DNA of 64,000 bases from Haliotis rufescens (lineage: Eukaryota), in NCBI RefSeq assembly GCF_023055435.1, contig NW_025963864.1, positions 62,001-126,000 of the forward strand, given 5' to 3'. The position numbers and the translations under genes are program-made. Position 1 is the first letter of the stretch; each line of letters begins with the position of its first letter. A model generated the notes under the pieces. That model was given only the letters and a program-made list of their open reading frames with translations, did no database searches and had not been told where the DNA came from. Positions 63,390 through 64,000 of the stretch are shown piece by piece.

Positions 63390-64000
63390 TGTTACAGTGC
63401 ATATGTTTCATTACACTTTTTATATTTTTAACAAATTAAACTTAAACTAGGAAATTCTAAAATTCGAAAGTCGCTAGACCAGTATTTCTCGTTTTTATCA
63501 CCACTGGTCGACCATGACGGCTGCTCCTTGGCAAGCTCATTCACGCGAACAGTAAATTACGTAATCATAGATAAAGTCGGCGCGTACGTCCGCCCCGGCC
63601 CTTGTTCTCTTGATAAATGTTTTGTTACCAGCTGGCGCAGGTTATGACCACCATCTTAAACTATAATTAAAATAAACTCTTCTCAGGCAATACTGATACC
63701 ATTCTATTACCACCTGCTTTTGTGTAGTCAACTTTGACAGCCCAGGGCAGATAACAGAGACCGAAATTACAACTTCAAAGTAATTGTTAATGTGATAAGA
63801 GTAGAGCTGTGGGGGTATATAACTCCTTGGGTTTTGGTCCTCAGCACACTTGCTTGAATAAACCCTAAGGACCTCACAGCTCTCTTCTCTCTTGTTTCAA
63901 GGTAAGAAACATTTAAATATTCTTATTTTATGACTAAACTTCTTATTTCATTGTTATTATTGTCTAGAAAATGTTATAAAGTTGAATCAGTACTGCCATA
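63390..64000 (+). mobile_element. 3' LTR of element 2 (partial)
   Basis: Near-identical to 53919-~54531. Confidence 0.97.

Larger units (their letters stand above)
53919..64000 (+). mobile_element. Young Ty3/Gypsy LTR retrotransposon, element 2 (3' LTR runs off window)
   Basis: LTRs start at 53919 and 63390 and differ by only two substitutions and one small indel over the ~610 bp visible. PBS, gag-pol and PPT present. Inserted into a family A SINE. Confidence 0.97.

Overview
AT-rich eukaryotic genomic DNA. The repeat landscape suggests an invertebrate, probably a mollusc (inference only). The window holds: (i) the 3' end of an env-like-ORF-bearing Ty3/Gypsy element with its 3' LTR (1-~2940); (ii) three tandem, 5-exon, minus-strand paralogous host genes encoding secreted PAN/Apple + PLAT(LH2) proteins (3893-13879, 16523-32308, 40260-46227), whose introns carry SINEs, minisatellites, a 2-kb foldback and decayed Penelope/Tc1/mariner/LINE fragments; (iii) a young, nearly full-length chromodomain Ty3/Gypsy element (53919-64000+). 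Top finding: both otherwise unalignable LTRs share the layout TATA - [exact repeat containing AATAAA, ending in pyrimidine tract + AG] - GTAAG - 1.0/1.4 kb intron - [identical repeat]AG - U5. The repeat starts at the predicted TSS and stops at the splice junction. This is what would be expected if a spliceosomal intron inside the LTR is removed from the 5' end of the genomic RNA, retained at the 3' end, and rebuilt at each reverse transcription. Second finding: a ~4-kb 56-bp satellite appears to have arisen by amplifying an exon/intron donor junction of one host gene.
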